From an uncultured Acidimicrobiales bacterium (GTDB lineage Bacteria; Actinomycetota; Acidimicrobiia; Acidimicrobiales; DATKAS01): a DNA stretch of 64,000 nt. The stretch spans positions 1,867,336-1,931,335 of the forward strand of contig CAVTEI010000003.1 in the NCBI GenBank assembly GCA_963733765.1, written 5' to 3'. A program made the translations under genes and the position numbers. The notes below the pieces were generated by a model. The model saw only the letters and a list, made by a program, of their open reading frames with translations. It was not told where the DNA came from and ran no database searches. Positions 18,219 through 27,680 of the stretch are shown piece by piece; the stretch's first letter is position 1, and each line of letters begins with the position of its first letter.

Positions 18219-19257
18219 GTGAACGATCCGGTGCTGCAGACCATCCCGCTCGGCTTCCAGTGGGCGACCGTCGACCCCTTCCTCTTCTGTGTGCACCACC
18301 TCGACCGGTACCCCGAGGCAAACGAGCACATGGGCCCCAACGCCTCGCTCGCGGCGCGCGACATCGGCATGGACTTCGCGGGCGCCGACGGCTGGCGCAT
18401 GTACCACGGCAGCACCGTGCCCGGCTTCCCTCAGCACCCGCACCGCGGCTTCGAGACGGTGACGTTCGTGCGCCAAGGGTTCATCGACCACTCCGATTCG
18501 CTCGGCGCGACGGCGCGATTCGGTCGCGGCGACGTGCAGTGGCTGACCGCGGGGGAAGGGATCGTGCATGCCGAGATGTTCCCGTTGCTCGACCGCGACG
18601 GGCCGAACCCGTGCGAGCTGTTCCAGATCTGGTTGAACCTTCCCGCGACGGACAAGATGGTGCCGCCGTACTTCACGATGTTCTGGGATCAGGACATCCC
18701 GCGCCTCGCGACGACCGACGACGAGGGGCGCGCTACCGAGGTGACGGTGATCGCCGGTGCCCTCGCGGGCCTCGACGCCCCAGCGCCGCCGCCGAGCTCG
18801 TGGGCATCACGTCCGGAGGCCGACCTCGGCATCTGGCACATCGTCGCCGAGCCCAAGGCGCGCTGGTCGCTGCCGCCGGCCGCGGGGCCGGACACCGTAC
18901 GCACGCTCTACGTGTTCGAAGGCTCGCTGCGCATCGGCGAACACGACTTCGAGGCATCCACGGGCGCGGTCGCTTCGCGCCGAAGACTCGGTCGAGATCA
19001 CCGGAGGCGCGTACGGCGCCGAGGCGCTGGTCTTGCAGGGCCGCCCGATCGGCGAACCGGTCGCGCAGTACGGCCCGTTCGTGATGAACGACCGGGCGGG
19101 CATCGAGCAGGCGTTCGCGGACTATCGGCGCACGGGCTTCGGCGGATGGCCGTGGCCGACCGACGACCCGGTGCACCCGCGCGACGCCGGACGCTTCGCT
19201 CGACACGCCGATGGCCGAGTGGAACGACCCGACGAGGTGAACGCGCCCACGCGCTAG
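18219..19257 (+). pseudogene. Pirin-family protein, frameshifted as sequenced
   Basis: FPQHPHRGFETVTFVRQGFIDHSDSLG...VQWLTAGEGIVHAEMF runs in ORF 18219... The C-terminal part ...[38 protein letters not shown] is in ORF 18757..19257. The break is near 18970. Confidence 0.85.
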
Positions 19258-20066
19258 GTGATGCCTGATGTGTACGTCACGCTCGCCGACGCGGACCGCG
19301 CGACGCAGGAGCGAATCGCTGACGTGTTGGAGCTGCGGGCGGCAGACCCGCAGCAGCGGGCGATGGTCGAGTCCTACTTGTCGCTGATCGAGCTCCCATC
19401 CTCGGCGCAGCGTCCTCGACGTCGGCTGTGGCACGGGCGCTGTGACCCGGGCGCTGGCCGGGCGATCTGGGGTCGCCGAGGTGATCGGGATCGACCCGTC
19501 ACCGGTCCTCATCGCAAGAGCGCGCGAGCTCGCGGCGGCACTCGGCAGTGTGCACTTCGAGCAGGGGGACGGTCGGACGCTGCCGTTCGGTGAGGGCGAG
19601 TTCGACCTCGTTGTGATGCATACGGTGCTCTGCCATGTCCCGCAGCCGGAGCGGGTACTGGCCGAGGCGGCCCGCGTGCTGCGACCAGGAGGCACCCTCG
19701 CGGTCTGCGACGGTGACTACGCGACGATCACGGTCGCGCTCACGGAGGACGATCCTCTCCAAGTGTGCGTCGAGGCGGTGAAGAGGGCATTCATCCACGA
19801 TGTGTGGCTGGTTCGCCGGCTACCGAGCTTGCTGAGGTCGGCGGAGTTCGAGATCCTGAGTTCGGCCAGTCACGGTTACCTGCAAACCTCCGAGCCGGAG
19901 TACATGCTGAGTGTCCTCGACCGGGGTGCCGATGCACTCGTCGCCGCCGGCGGCAGCCCCGAGCTGGCGACGGCCTTGAAGTCTGAGGCGCGAACGTCGC
20001 GTCGAAGCCGATCAGTTCTTCGGCTTCATAGGGTTCGTGAGCTTCATCGCCCGCAAGCCGGGCTAG
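19258..20066 (+). pseudogene. Class I SAM-dependent methyltransferase, two frame breaks as sequenced
   Basis: The N-terminus is in ORF 19258... The core VLDVGCGTGAVTRALA...LRPGGTLAVCDGDY is in ORF 19442... The tail RRVEADQFFGFIGFVSFIARKPG* is in the third frame, ending at TAG 20064-20066. Breaks fall near 19410 and 19990. Confidence 0.75.
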
Positions 20067-20092
20067 CGCGCCCGGCGAAGTCATCGAGTCGG

Positions 20093-21061
20093 TCAGCTCG
20101 ACAGCAGGCGGCTGAGCGCTTCGCGTCGGTATGTGCGGATACGTCGCGAGGTCGACGCGTCCGGCACCGACATCTCCGAGCCGTGGAACGCGCCCGGCGT
20201 CACGTGCAGCTCGCACGGCACTCCTGCCGCGAGCAACCGAGACGCATAGCCGATGTCCTCGTCGCGGAACGGGTCGAGCTCACCAACGTCGATGTACGCC
20301 GGCGGCAGGCCGCGGAGCTCGGTCACCGTGGCCCGCGCTGGCGCCGCGTAGATCGGGACCTCGGCTCCGCCGACGCGATCGCCGAGGTACGCCCTCCAGC
20401 CGTGCTGATTGGACACCCGGTTCCAGACCTTCCCGAACGTGATCTCGCGGGTCGACGGCGTCTCGTCGCGGTCGTCGATCATCGGGTACACGAGGTACTG
20501 GAAGCACAGCGGGATTTCTCCGCGATCGCGGGCCAGCAGGGCCGCGCCGGCCGCGAGCCCGCCACCCGCGCTGGCCCCGCCGATCGCCACTCGTCTCGGG
20601 TCGATGCCGAGGTCGCCGAGGTGTCCGGCGAGCCACTGCAACCCCGCGTAGCAGTCGTCGATGTGCGCGGGGTACTGGTGCTCGGGCGCGAGCCGGTAGT
20701 CGACCGACGCGACGACACAGCCGAAGTCGCGCGCCCAGGTCTTGCACATGAAGTCGTCGCCGTCGATGGTGCCAAGGACCATGCCGCCGCCGTGGATCCA
20801 GAGGAGAGCAGAAGTGTCGGCGCGACGGTCGGGACGGGCGTACACCCTGACTCGGACTTCCGTGGCGTCGGCGCTGAGTGTGACATGGTCAGTGACCCCC
20901 ACCTCGGGGATGGGCGGAAGGGCTGCGCGCAACGGCGCTTCGAAGCGCTCGATCAGCAGGCGCAGCTTCGGGATGTTGCGGCCGAGGTCGATCTCCGGAG
21001 CGGCTTCCAGTGCAACGGCGAGCTCGGGATCGAGCTGGTCGAGGAAGGTCATCGCGCGCAA
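20093..21061 (-). CDS. Alpha/beta hydrolase, hormone-sensitive-lipase-like esterase family
   Basis: 322 aa with LLWIHGGGMVLG (HGGG oxyanion motif), RVAIGGASAGGGLAA (GxSxG) and DYRLAPEH. Confidence 0.88.
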   Translation of the reverse strand: MRAMTFLDQLDPELAVALEAAPEIDLGRNIPKLRLLIERFEAPLRAALPPIPEVGVTDHVTLSADATEVRVRVYARPDRRADTSALLWIHGGGMVLGTIDGDDFMCKTWARDFGCVVASVDYRLAPEHQYPAHIDDCYAGLQWLAGHLGDLGIDPRRVAIGGASAGGGLAAGAALLARDRGEIPLCFQYLVYPMIDDRDETPSTREITFGKVWNRVSNQHGWRAYLGDRVGGAEVPIYAAPARATVTELRGLPPAYIDVGELDPFRDEDIGYASRLLAAGVPCELHVTPGAFHGSEMSVPDASTSRRIRTYRREALSRLLSS

Positions 21062-21076
21062 ACGTACTTCGCGCCC

Positions 21077-21947
21077 TCAGAGGGCACGGCTGACGAAGCG
21101 CCAGATCTCGGTGAAGTCGCTATCAGGGAGCGCAGCATCGGTGCGTTGCCACACGTCCGAGACGGTGCTTCCGACATCATCGGCGGTGCCGGCGGCGCGC
21201 ACGGTCTCGACGTACAGCCTCAGGTCCTTCGCCATCAGCCGCGTGTGGAACCCGGCGTCGTAGGTGCCGGTGATCACTCGATTCGGGAACTTGTCGACGG
21301 TGGCCGAGTTGCGTCCCGGTCGACACGTTCAACACGTCGACCATCACGGCCATGTCGAGACCATGGGCCTCACCGAACGCCAAGCGCCTCGGACGTCGGC
21401 GGCCAGCGCGGTCGCCGAGAGGAAGTTGTTGAGCAGCTTCATCGCCTGCCCTGGCCGGCGCTGCTGCCGACGTGGAACACGTTGCCGGCGAACGCCTCGA
21501 ACAGCGGGCGGTGATCGTCGAGCACCGATCGGCGGCCCGGCGAACATGAGCGAGATCGTGCCCGCGCGGGCGCCAGCGACTCCGCCCGACACCGGACCGT
21601 CGACGTAGGTCACGCCGAGTCGGCGCCAAGATCTGCCGCGGCATCGGCGGCGGCCCGCGGTCCGACGGTCGAGAGATCGACCACCGTGGTGACCCGGCGG
21701 CTCGGCGCGGCGACGACCGCGTCGACGATCGCGGCGGTGGCCGCGCCGTCGGGCACGCTCAGCAGGACGTGTCGGCCGCGCCGCGAGGTCCCCGACGTCG
21801 AGCGCGGCCGACGCACCCGCCGGGAGGCGCTCCGTGGTGCCCGCGGCGTCGAAGCAGACGACCTCGAATCCGGCCGCCGCGATGCGTCGACGCCATCGGG
21901 TGGCCCATGTTGCCGAGCCCGACGAAGCCGACAACCGACGGGGTCAC
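21077..21947 (-). pseudogene. 3-hydroxyisobutyrate dehydrogenase-like NAD-binding oxidoreductase, at least 8 frame breaks
   Basis: The pieces lie in three frames: VTPSVVGFVGLGNMGHPMA / RRIAAAGFEVVCFD / DVLLSVPDGAATAAIVD...VDLSTVGP / GVTYVDGPVSGGVAGARAGTISLMFAGP / VLDDHRPLFEAFAGNVFHVG / QAMKLLNNFLSATALAA / TSEAL / AFGEAHGLDMAVMVDVLNVSTG / RNSATVDKFPNRVITGTYDAGFHTRLMAKDL. Confidence 0.85.
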
Positions 21948-22339
21948 GAGGCGGGCTCCGGCGTGATGCCCTCGGCCTCGAGCACCTGGCGTCCGAGCCG
22001 GAACGCCTCGACACCGGCCGGAATGCCGGCGTAGACGTGATCTGGATCAGCGTGTCGCGTAGCTCGTCGAGCGTGGCGCCGTTGCGGAGCGCACCCCGAA
22101 AGTGCGTCTTGAACTCCTCGGGCCGGTTCAGCGCGGCGAGAAGGCAGAGGTTGTTGAGGCTGCGCTGGCGATCGGTGAGCGGCGGTGCGACCCCAGACCT
22201 CGCCCCAGCAGTACTCGGTGACCAGCTTCTGGAACTCGAGGTTGAAGCTGTCGGCATTCGCGAAGGCCCGCTCGACGTACTCGTCGCCGAGCACCCGCTT
22301 ACGTGCCTCCAGCCCGACCTCGAAGAGCTCTTCGTCCAT
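21944..22339 (-). pseudogene. Carboxymuconolactone decarboxylase (AhpD-like) family protein, two frame breaks
   Basis: MDEELFEVGLEARKRVLGDEYVERAF...EYCWGEVWG / PPLTDRQRSLNNLCLLAALNRPEEFKTHFRGALRNGATLDELRDTLIQIT / VYAGIPAGVEAFRLG... The breaks are near 22187 and 22036. GTGA overlap with the downstream dehydrogenase. Confidence 0.8.
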
Positions 22340-22390
22340 CGTTCCCTCCTCAGGCTCGATGACGCGGCCGGGCCGTACAGTACGAGCTCG

Positions 22391-23177
22391 GTGCATCGGG
22401 TCTACGCGGTGAAGTACGCGGAGCGCGACGCCCGCCGGCCCGAGCACTTCCTCGGTGGCGATCCGCACGATGACCCGATGCCGATGGACTACTTCGTCTG
22501 GGCGGTCGTCGGGGAGCGGCCACCTGGGTCGTCGACACCGGGTTCGACACCGCCGACGCCGAGCGGCACGCCGGCGCAAGCTCCTGCGCACCGCGGCGGA
22601 GGCGCTCGCCGCCGATCGGTGTCGATGCCGCGTCCGTCACCGACGTCGTCCTCACGCACCTCCACTACGACCACGTCGGGCGGCCTCGACCACTTCCCGA
22701 ACGCACGCTTCCACGTGCAGGACCGCGAGATGGCGTTCGCGACCGGCCGCAACATGACCGAACCCGCCCAGGGGCACGGCTTCACCGCAGACCATGTCGC
22801 CGCGCTCGTCCACCATGTGCACGACGGACGCGTCGTGTTCCATGACGGCGACGACCCACTCGCCCCGGGTCTCTCGTTGCACCTCTTGGGAGGGCACACG
22901 GACGGGATGCAGGTGGTGCGAGTCGAGACCGAAGGTGGCTGCTCTCGTGCTCGCGTCCGACGCCACTCACTACTACGAGAACTTCGAGACGGGGCGTCCC
23001 TTTCCGATCGTCTACGACGTGGACGCGATGGTCGAGGGGTGGCAAACGCTGCGTCGCCTGGCGTCGTCGCCCGACGCGATCATCCCCGGGCACGACCCCC
23101 TGGTGCTCGAGCGCTACCCGGCGATGTCGAGCGAGACCTCCGGTGTCGCGGTCAGGCTGGACGGAGGCCGCCGCTGA
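22391..23177 (+). pseudogene. MBL-fold metallo-hydrolase (N-acyl homoserine lactonase-like family), at least 5 frame breaks
   Basis: VHRVYAVKYAERD...FLGGDPHDDPMPMDYFVWAVV / TWVVDTGFDTADAERHA / RRKLLRTAAEALAA / IGVDAASVTDVVLTHLHYDHVG / GLDHFPNARFHVQ...LLGGHTDGMQVV / ALVLASDATHYYENFE...IIPGHDP. The pieces lie in alternating frames. Confidence 0.8.
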
Positions 23178-23191
23178 TCCGCCGTGGTGGA

Positions 23192-24397
23192 TCAGCTGTG
23201 GTGGCGCTCGTAGTGCTGCCGCAGAAGATCGATGCCGTAGTCGTTGCCATTCGGTGTCCGCACGATCGTGTGCACGTGATGTCGCGTCGGCTCGTCGTTC
23301 GCGAACACGACTCCGGGCTCGTGGTCGAACTCGATCAGCACCACCGGGCTCTGCACCTTGTAATAGAACGGGCTGACGTCGTCGGTGCCCCCCATCCAGG
23401 TGAAGTGGGTCTCGTCGAGGTGGTCGCCGATCTCTTTCATCGTGAGCGTTGCGTGCCCGTCACGGATGCGGCCGATGTAGGTCTCGACGAGATCGCGCAG
23501 CAGGCGCCGCTGTCCGTCTGACATCGCGTCGGCGCGCAGGCCCTCGTACGACAGCCGGCGGTTGTCCTGGAACGCGCCCGCCTGCATCTGTCCGTCGATC
23601 GGGACATCGCGGTCGGGCGGCACGTCGCCGTGGTGAATCGACGAGTACAGGATCGCCTGCTTCGCTTGGTCGTTCGAGAGGGACCGCACCATCGCGAGCC
23701 CGTTCTGCGCCTCGGCCTCGAACACGCGCAGGCCCGCGAACGGCCCGGACTTGATGTGGCACGGCTCGGCACCGAGGAACGCTGGCGTGAGGACCACCTG
23801 ATCGCCCAAGACGAAGCAATGCAGGTTGATGTGGTGGCCATCGAGCTGCCAGCCCCAAGGCTCGTCGCCTGATGGCGTTCCGAAGATCGTGAGGAAGTAG
23901 GCCCACTCGCCGTACTCGTCGGGGCTGTTCGTGATCTCCGCGAGGAACTCGTTGCAGCGCATGAGGTCGCGCACATCGTCGAAACCTCGGGCACTGAGGC
24001 TCGCGCGCACGAGGCTGAGGGCAGCGGCGCGCTGCCCGGCGTCGAGGTCTTCGAGCAGGACACCGTGACGCCACATGTAGATGTGGACGTTGCACCATGT
24101 CCGCCATTGGTCGGAATCGACAGGCAGTGTCGCGACGGCGCGCTGCTTGCCGTCGAGAGACTGCAGGTAGGCGTGGGCGGCGTCGACCATGGCGGAGGTC
24201 GAGATGCCGGTCTTTCGGATTGGGAAGAGCCCGGGAACCACGACGCCGTCGGTCGTGATGCCGACGAACGGCTTCGCCACCGCGTCGTCGCCGAATCGCT
24301 CGAGATCGAGCAACAAGCCCGGGAGGCCCGGCTTGTGGCGAGCGGACAATGGCGGCATCCCCCGGAGGCCGAGCTGTTCGTAGTCGACGAGCGTCAC
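23192..24397 (-). CDS. DUF3500-family protein (function unknown)
   Basis: About 400 aa with ...FVGITTDGVVVPGLFPI...WRTWCNVHIYMWRHGV...PWGWQLDGHHINLHCFVLGDQVVLTPAFLGAEP...LIEFDHEPGV. The GTG 24397 start overlaps the aldolase stop (GTGA). The alternative ATG is at 24358. Confidence 0.7.
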   Translation of the reverse strand: MTLVDYEQLGLRGMPPLSARHKPGLPGLLLDLERFGDDAVAKPFVGITTDGVVVPGLFPIRKTGISTSAMVDAAHAYLQSLDGKQRAVATLPVDSDQWRTWCNVHIYMWRHGVLLEDLDAGQRAAALSLVRASLSARGFDDVRDLMRCNEFLAEITNSPDEYGEWAYFLTIFGTPSGDEPWGWQLDGHHINLHCFVLGDQVVLTPAFLGAEPCHIKSGPFAGLRVFEAEAQNGLAMVRSLSNDQAKQAILYSSIHHGDVPPDRDVPIDGQMQAGAFQDNRRLSYEGLRADAMSDGQRRLLRDLVETYIGRIRDGHATLTMKEIGDHLDETHFTWMGGTDDVSPFYYKVQSPVVLIEFDHEPGVVFANDEPTRHHVHTIVRTPNGNDYGIDLLRQHYERHHS

Positions 24398-25170
24398 CGC
24401 GCCCCATCCCTTCTGTCGCCGGGCCACAGCGCCGCGCCCATCTCGACTGCGGCCCGCCCGAACATTGTCGCGTCGTTGCTCACCATCACGAACGAGAACC
24501 CGCGCTCCGCCGCTGCATGCGCGGCGGCAGCGTCGCCTACCGCCGTCCCGCAGGGCAACCCGCGAGCTGCGGTCGCTGCGAGCAGCTTGTCTGTCCAGGT
24601 TTGCAGCTCGGGGGCCGTCGGTGGCAGCCCACTCGAGAGCGAGAGGTCGCCGGCGCCGAGGAACACCGCGTTGAGATTCGGGATGTCGAGGATGGCGTCC
24701 ATCTGGGCGAGCGCCTCGACATCTTCGAGTTGCACACCACGGATGGTTTGCTGCCCGCGAGCGAGATAGTCGGCTTGGCCGGTGAGCCCCCAGCGCCCAG
24801 CGCGGGAAGTCCCGCCGGACCCTCGCGTGCCTTGTGGCGGGTGCACCATCAGGTCGACGGATCGCTGGGCCTCTGCCGCGTCCGAGACCTGTGGCACGAG
24901 GAGCCCGTCGGCGCCCGCGTCGAGCAAGCGTTGCGTGTGGCTGCCGCTGCGATCGGGCACCCGCACGAGTGCGGTCATGTCCATCGACTGGGCAACGACG
25001 ATCGCGCTGTAGGCGAAATCCAGAGTGAGCGGGCTGTGCTCCATGTCGATGACGACGAACTCGAAGCCGGCCGACGCCAGCATCTCGAGCGTCTCGAGGC
25101 TCGGCAGCTTCACCCACGTGCCGAACGTCGTCGACCCTGGCCGGCGGAGGCCCTCGGGGACCGATCTCAC
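24394..25170 (-). CDS. HpcH/HpaI-family aldolase (2-keto-3-deoxy / 4-hydroxy-2-oxo acid aldolase type)
   Basis: 258 aa with GTWVKLPSLETLEMLASAGFEFVVIDMEHSP...VRVP...LDAGADGLLVPQV. Confidence 0.8.
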   Translation of the reverse strand: MRSVPEGLRRPGSTTFGTWVKLPSLETLEMLASAGFEFVVIDMEHSPLTLDFAYSAIVVAQSMDMTALVRVPDRSGSHTQRLLDAGADGLLVPQVSDAAEAQRSVDLMVHPPQGTRGSGGTSRAGRWGLTGQADYLARGQQTIRGVQLEDVEALAQMDAILDIPNLNAVFLGAGDLSLSSGLPPTAPELQTWTDKLLAATAARGLPCGTAVGDAAAAHAAAERGFSFVMVSNDATMFGRAAVEMGAALWPGDRRDGAR

Positions 25171-25194
25171 GGCTCGGCGCTCATGGCTCCGCAG

Positions 25195-26100
25195 TCACGG
25201 TACGGGGTACTCGTCGGCGTTCAGCACCCAACCCGGCCGCTCGGAGAAGTCGACGCGCGGTGGACAGAAGATGTCGATCAGGTGGTGACGCATCTGCTCG
25301 ACCCCTTGACTGGTGTGGATCGTCGGTGGCGGGATGATCGTCACTGCGGGACTGCTGCACCTCTGGTGGTCGTCAGGGCGCCAGGCGTCGAGGTCGACCG
25401 TCCACGGAGTGCGGATGTGGTGCACGTACTCACCGGCAAGCTGCAGCGAGATCTGCTCGAAGTCGTCGTGGTGATGGGGCGACAGCTTGTGCGGATCGCG
25501 AGGCCCGTCGTCGGGATAGAAGTAGTTGACCATGATCGTGCTGCAACGCAGCAGGCGCCCGAACCGGTCGCTGTCCTGCGGGATCGCGGCCAGCGGGTAG
25601 ACCCGGATCGCGTGTCCACCCGGCGGGTCCGGCCACGGCACGAACGTCGGGACATTGGGATCGGCGGTGGCGAACACGTCCGCGTTGCGGCACTTGTCGG
25701 CGAGATCACGCGCCTGAGTCGAGAAGAGCCGGACGACGGTTCCCGAAGATCCGAGCGTGATCGCGCTCCGTCCCGGTGGGATGACAACGACGCTCTCGCC
25801 GTTCACGTCGGCGTGGTCGTTCCCGGCGGAGATCGTGGCCGCGGCATCGCCGGGGAACAGCACCATGTACTCGTCGGGTTGGTCGGCGCGCTCGAGCACG
25901 TCGCCCTTCGCTCCGTCGGAGAAGACGACGCAGCAGTTCTGGCTGCGCACGTACCACGATCTCGTGCCCGCGTCCGAGACCTCATCGGGATCGACCTTGT
26001 CGAACTCGAAGTACTGGGGAGCGAAGCAGGCACCGGTCGGTCGCTCCTTGGTCTGGGTGCCGCCGAGCTGCGAGCGCGGGTCGTTCTTGTCGTAGGGCAT
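25195..26100 (-). CDS. Cupin-like (possibly bicupin) protein, uncharacterised
   Basis: Trimmed to ATG 26100 (MPYDKNDPRSQ...). Contains beta-barrel-like segments and a His-rich HHHDDFEQISLQLAGEYVHH segment. The assignment is weak. Confidence 0.45.
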   Translation of the reverse strand: MPYDKNDPRSQLGGTQTKERPTGACFAPQYFEFDKVDPDEVSDAGTRSWYVRSQNCCVVFSDGAKGDVLERADQPDEYMVLFPGDAAATISAGNDHADVNGESVVVIPPGRSAITLGSSGTVVRLFSTQARDLADKCRNADVFATADPNVPTFVPWPDPPGGHAIRVYPLAAIPQDSDRFGRLLRCSTIMVNYFYPDDGPRDPHKLSPHHHDDFEQISLQLAGEYVHHIRTPWTVDLDAWRPDDHQRCSSPAVTIIPPPTIHTSQGVEQMRHHLIDIFCPPRVDFSERPGWVLNADEYPVP

Positions 26101-26588
26101 CAGCGCTCTCCTTTGTCGGGCTCGTCTGGTTCGAGGGGAGTATTCGGCCCGAATGGCAGGACACCGGGCTCGTCGCCGAGAAAGGCCTGCGTGAGGTGGC
26201 GGTGAACGATGCGCCACTGCCCGTCGGCTTCCTTCACGTACTCATCTTGGACGTCGGTGACCGACACCGGAAGGGTGAGCTTCAGTGGCGCCTCGCCGTC
26301 GCGGGCCCAGAGCGTGAGCATCGAGGTGCCGCGCGCCCGGCTCGGCGACTCGATCGTGAGGCGCAGGTTGCTGTGCGCGTGGCGCGACAGCCGGGGGCCC
26401 CGGCTGGCGCGCTTCACGTACGACTCGGCGATCGCGGCTCGTCCCGCGTTGCGTCCCGTCGCCACCGAGTACACGCCGTCCTCGGTGAACAGGTCCGCGA
26501 CACCCTCTCCGTTCTGGTGATCGACCCGGTACCAGAACTCGACGCAGAGCGCCTCGATCTCGGCCCGGATCCGCAGGTCGTCGGTCAT
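26100..26588 (-). CDS. SnoaL-like / NTF2-fold protein
   Basis: 162 aa with MTDDLRIRAEIEALCVEFWYRVDHQNGEGVADLFTEDGVY..., pattern of SnoaL_4-type proteins. It has 1-nt overlaps at both ends. Confidence 0.6.
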   Translation of the reverse strand: MTDDLRIRAEIEALCVEFWYRVDHQNGEGVADLFTEDGVYSVATGRNAGRAAIAESYVKRASRGPRLSRHAHSNLRLTIESPSRARGTSMLTLWARDGEAPLKLTLPVSVTDVQDEYVKEADGQWRIVHRHLTQAFLGDEPGVLPFGPNTPLEPDEPDKGER

Positions 26589-27634
26589 CAGGCGCGATTC
26601 TGCTCGTGAATTGCGGACACGAGCGGTTCGAGCTCAGCGGGCGCGGCGCCGTGCAGGATCACTCCGTCGGCGCCGAGGTCGAACTGTTCCTGCACCTTGG
26701 CCGCGCAGTGCTTGGGCGACCCGATCGCGGCGGGAGCGAGCCACTCGTCAGGGATGAGCGTGGCGACGTGCTGCAGCTCCTCGGTCGTCGCCTTGTCATC
26801 GAGCGCGCCGCGAAAGCCGGCGACGAACGGGTCGGCGCGGAAGCGAGCGAGCACCGCGGGATCCCATTGGTTCGTCGACACCATCAGGTCGCCGTACGCC
26901 TGGAGGTACGTCGCGAGCCGTCCGACCGTCTTCTTCAGGCGGACGTCCTCCGGGAGGTGGTCACCGATCGCGGCCGAGACGGACCACACCTTCACGGTGT
27001 CGGGGTCGCGGCCGGCGGCTTCTGCTGCCTGCTTCACCGTGCGGACGCATCGCACCAACGTCTCGTCTGTGAAAAAGGTGTGCAACACCACGTGATCGAA
27101 CGTGCGGCCCGCGAGCGCGAGCGTGTTCGGGCCGAACGCCATGATCGCGACCGGGATGTGCTCGTCGAAGTCGGGATCGAGTCGGAGAAACGGGTACCGG
27201 CCCGCGGGACCGTCGTGACCGAGGATCGTCTCGCCCCGCCAGAGTCGACGCATGAGTCCGACGAAGTCCTCCATCTGGGCCGTCGTGATCGGCGGGAGTC
27301 CGAGCGCTCCCATCATCGGGCCGATCCCGCGACCCAGCCCGAGCGTGAACCGGCCATCAGTGAGGCGGTGCATCGTCGTCGCGTGCGACGCGGTGATGAT
27401 CGGATGGCGCGTGTTGTGGTTCGTCGCGCCGGTGGCGATCTGAAGGTTCGACGAGACGGCTCCCACTGCACCCGAGAGGGTGGCGGCCTCCTTGATGTTG
27501 AAGCGCTCCGAGATGAAGACCCAGTCGAGGCCGAGACGCTCGCCATCGTGGACCTCCTGGATGAGATCACGCGGCGATCGAGGAGCTCCGGCCAGCGTGT
27601 AGAACCCCAGCGGCCCCCTCACCCCTCCGCTCAC
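26588..27634 (-). CDS. LLM-class (luciferase-like) F420-dependent oxidoreductase
   Basis: LGFYTLAGAPRSPRDLIQEVHDGERLGLDWVFISERFNIKEA...GRFTLGLGRG. The start is ambiguous, either GTG 27634 or GTG 27622, both inside the tandem repeat. Confidence 0.8.
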   Translation of the reverse strand: MSGGVRGPLGFYTLAGAPRSPRDLIQEVHDGERLGLDWVFISERFNIKEAATLSGAVGAVSSNLQIATGATNHNTRHPIITASHATTMHRLTDGRFTLGLGRGIGPMMGALGLPPITTAQMEDFVGLMRRLWRGETILGHDGPAGRYPFLRLDPDFDEHIPVAIMAFGPNTLALAGRTFDHVVLHTFFTDETLVRCVRTVKQAAEAAGRDPDTVKVWSVSAAIGDHLPEDVRLKKTVGRLATYLQAYGDLMVSTNQWDPAVLARFRADPFVAGFRGALDDKATTEELQHVATLIPDEWLAPAAIGSPKHCAAKVQEQFDLGADGVILHGAAPAELEPLVSAIHEQNRA

Positions 27635-27680
27635 CCCCCTCCGCTCGCCCCTCCGCTCACCCCTCCGCTCACCCCTCCGC
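27619..27680 (-). repeat. Tandem repeat, 5 units of GCGGAGGGGTGA on the coding (minus) strand; one unit has 14 nt, one has a G>C change
   Basis: Plus-strand units tcacccctccgc lie at 27619-30, 27631-44 (14 nt), 27645-56, 27657-68 and 27669-80. They fill the whole 46-nt spacer between the AKR stop (27681) and the LLM start. Confidence 0.9.

Noticed and set aside
16732-18321. 529-aa minus-strand ORF, and similar antisense ORFs (e.g. 6857..8296, 50201..51397, 53743..55212)
   Set aside because: These are mirror ORFs opposite well-supported genes. They have no recognisable motifs and show an Arg/Asp/Gly-rich shadow composition.
19442-21514. 690-aa ORF
   Set aside because: Only the first ~550 nt encode the methyltransferase core. 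Beyond ~19990 the real frame shifts and ends at 20066. The rest is antisense shadow of the esterase and dehydrogenase genes.
27619-27680. Possible CRISPR array (also considered for the 33-bp repeats at 56274-56558)
   Set aside because: The units are contiguous with no spacers. They are 12-14 nt or in-frame 33-nt coding repeats, and no cas genes are present. These are tandem repeats, not CRISPR.
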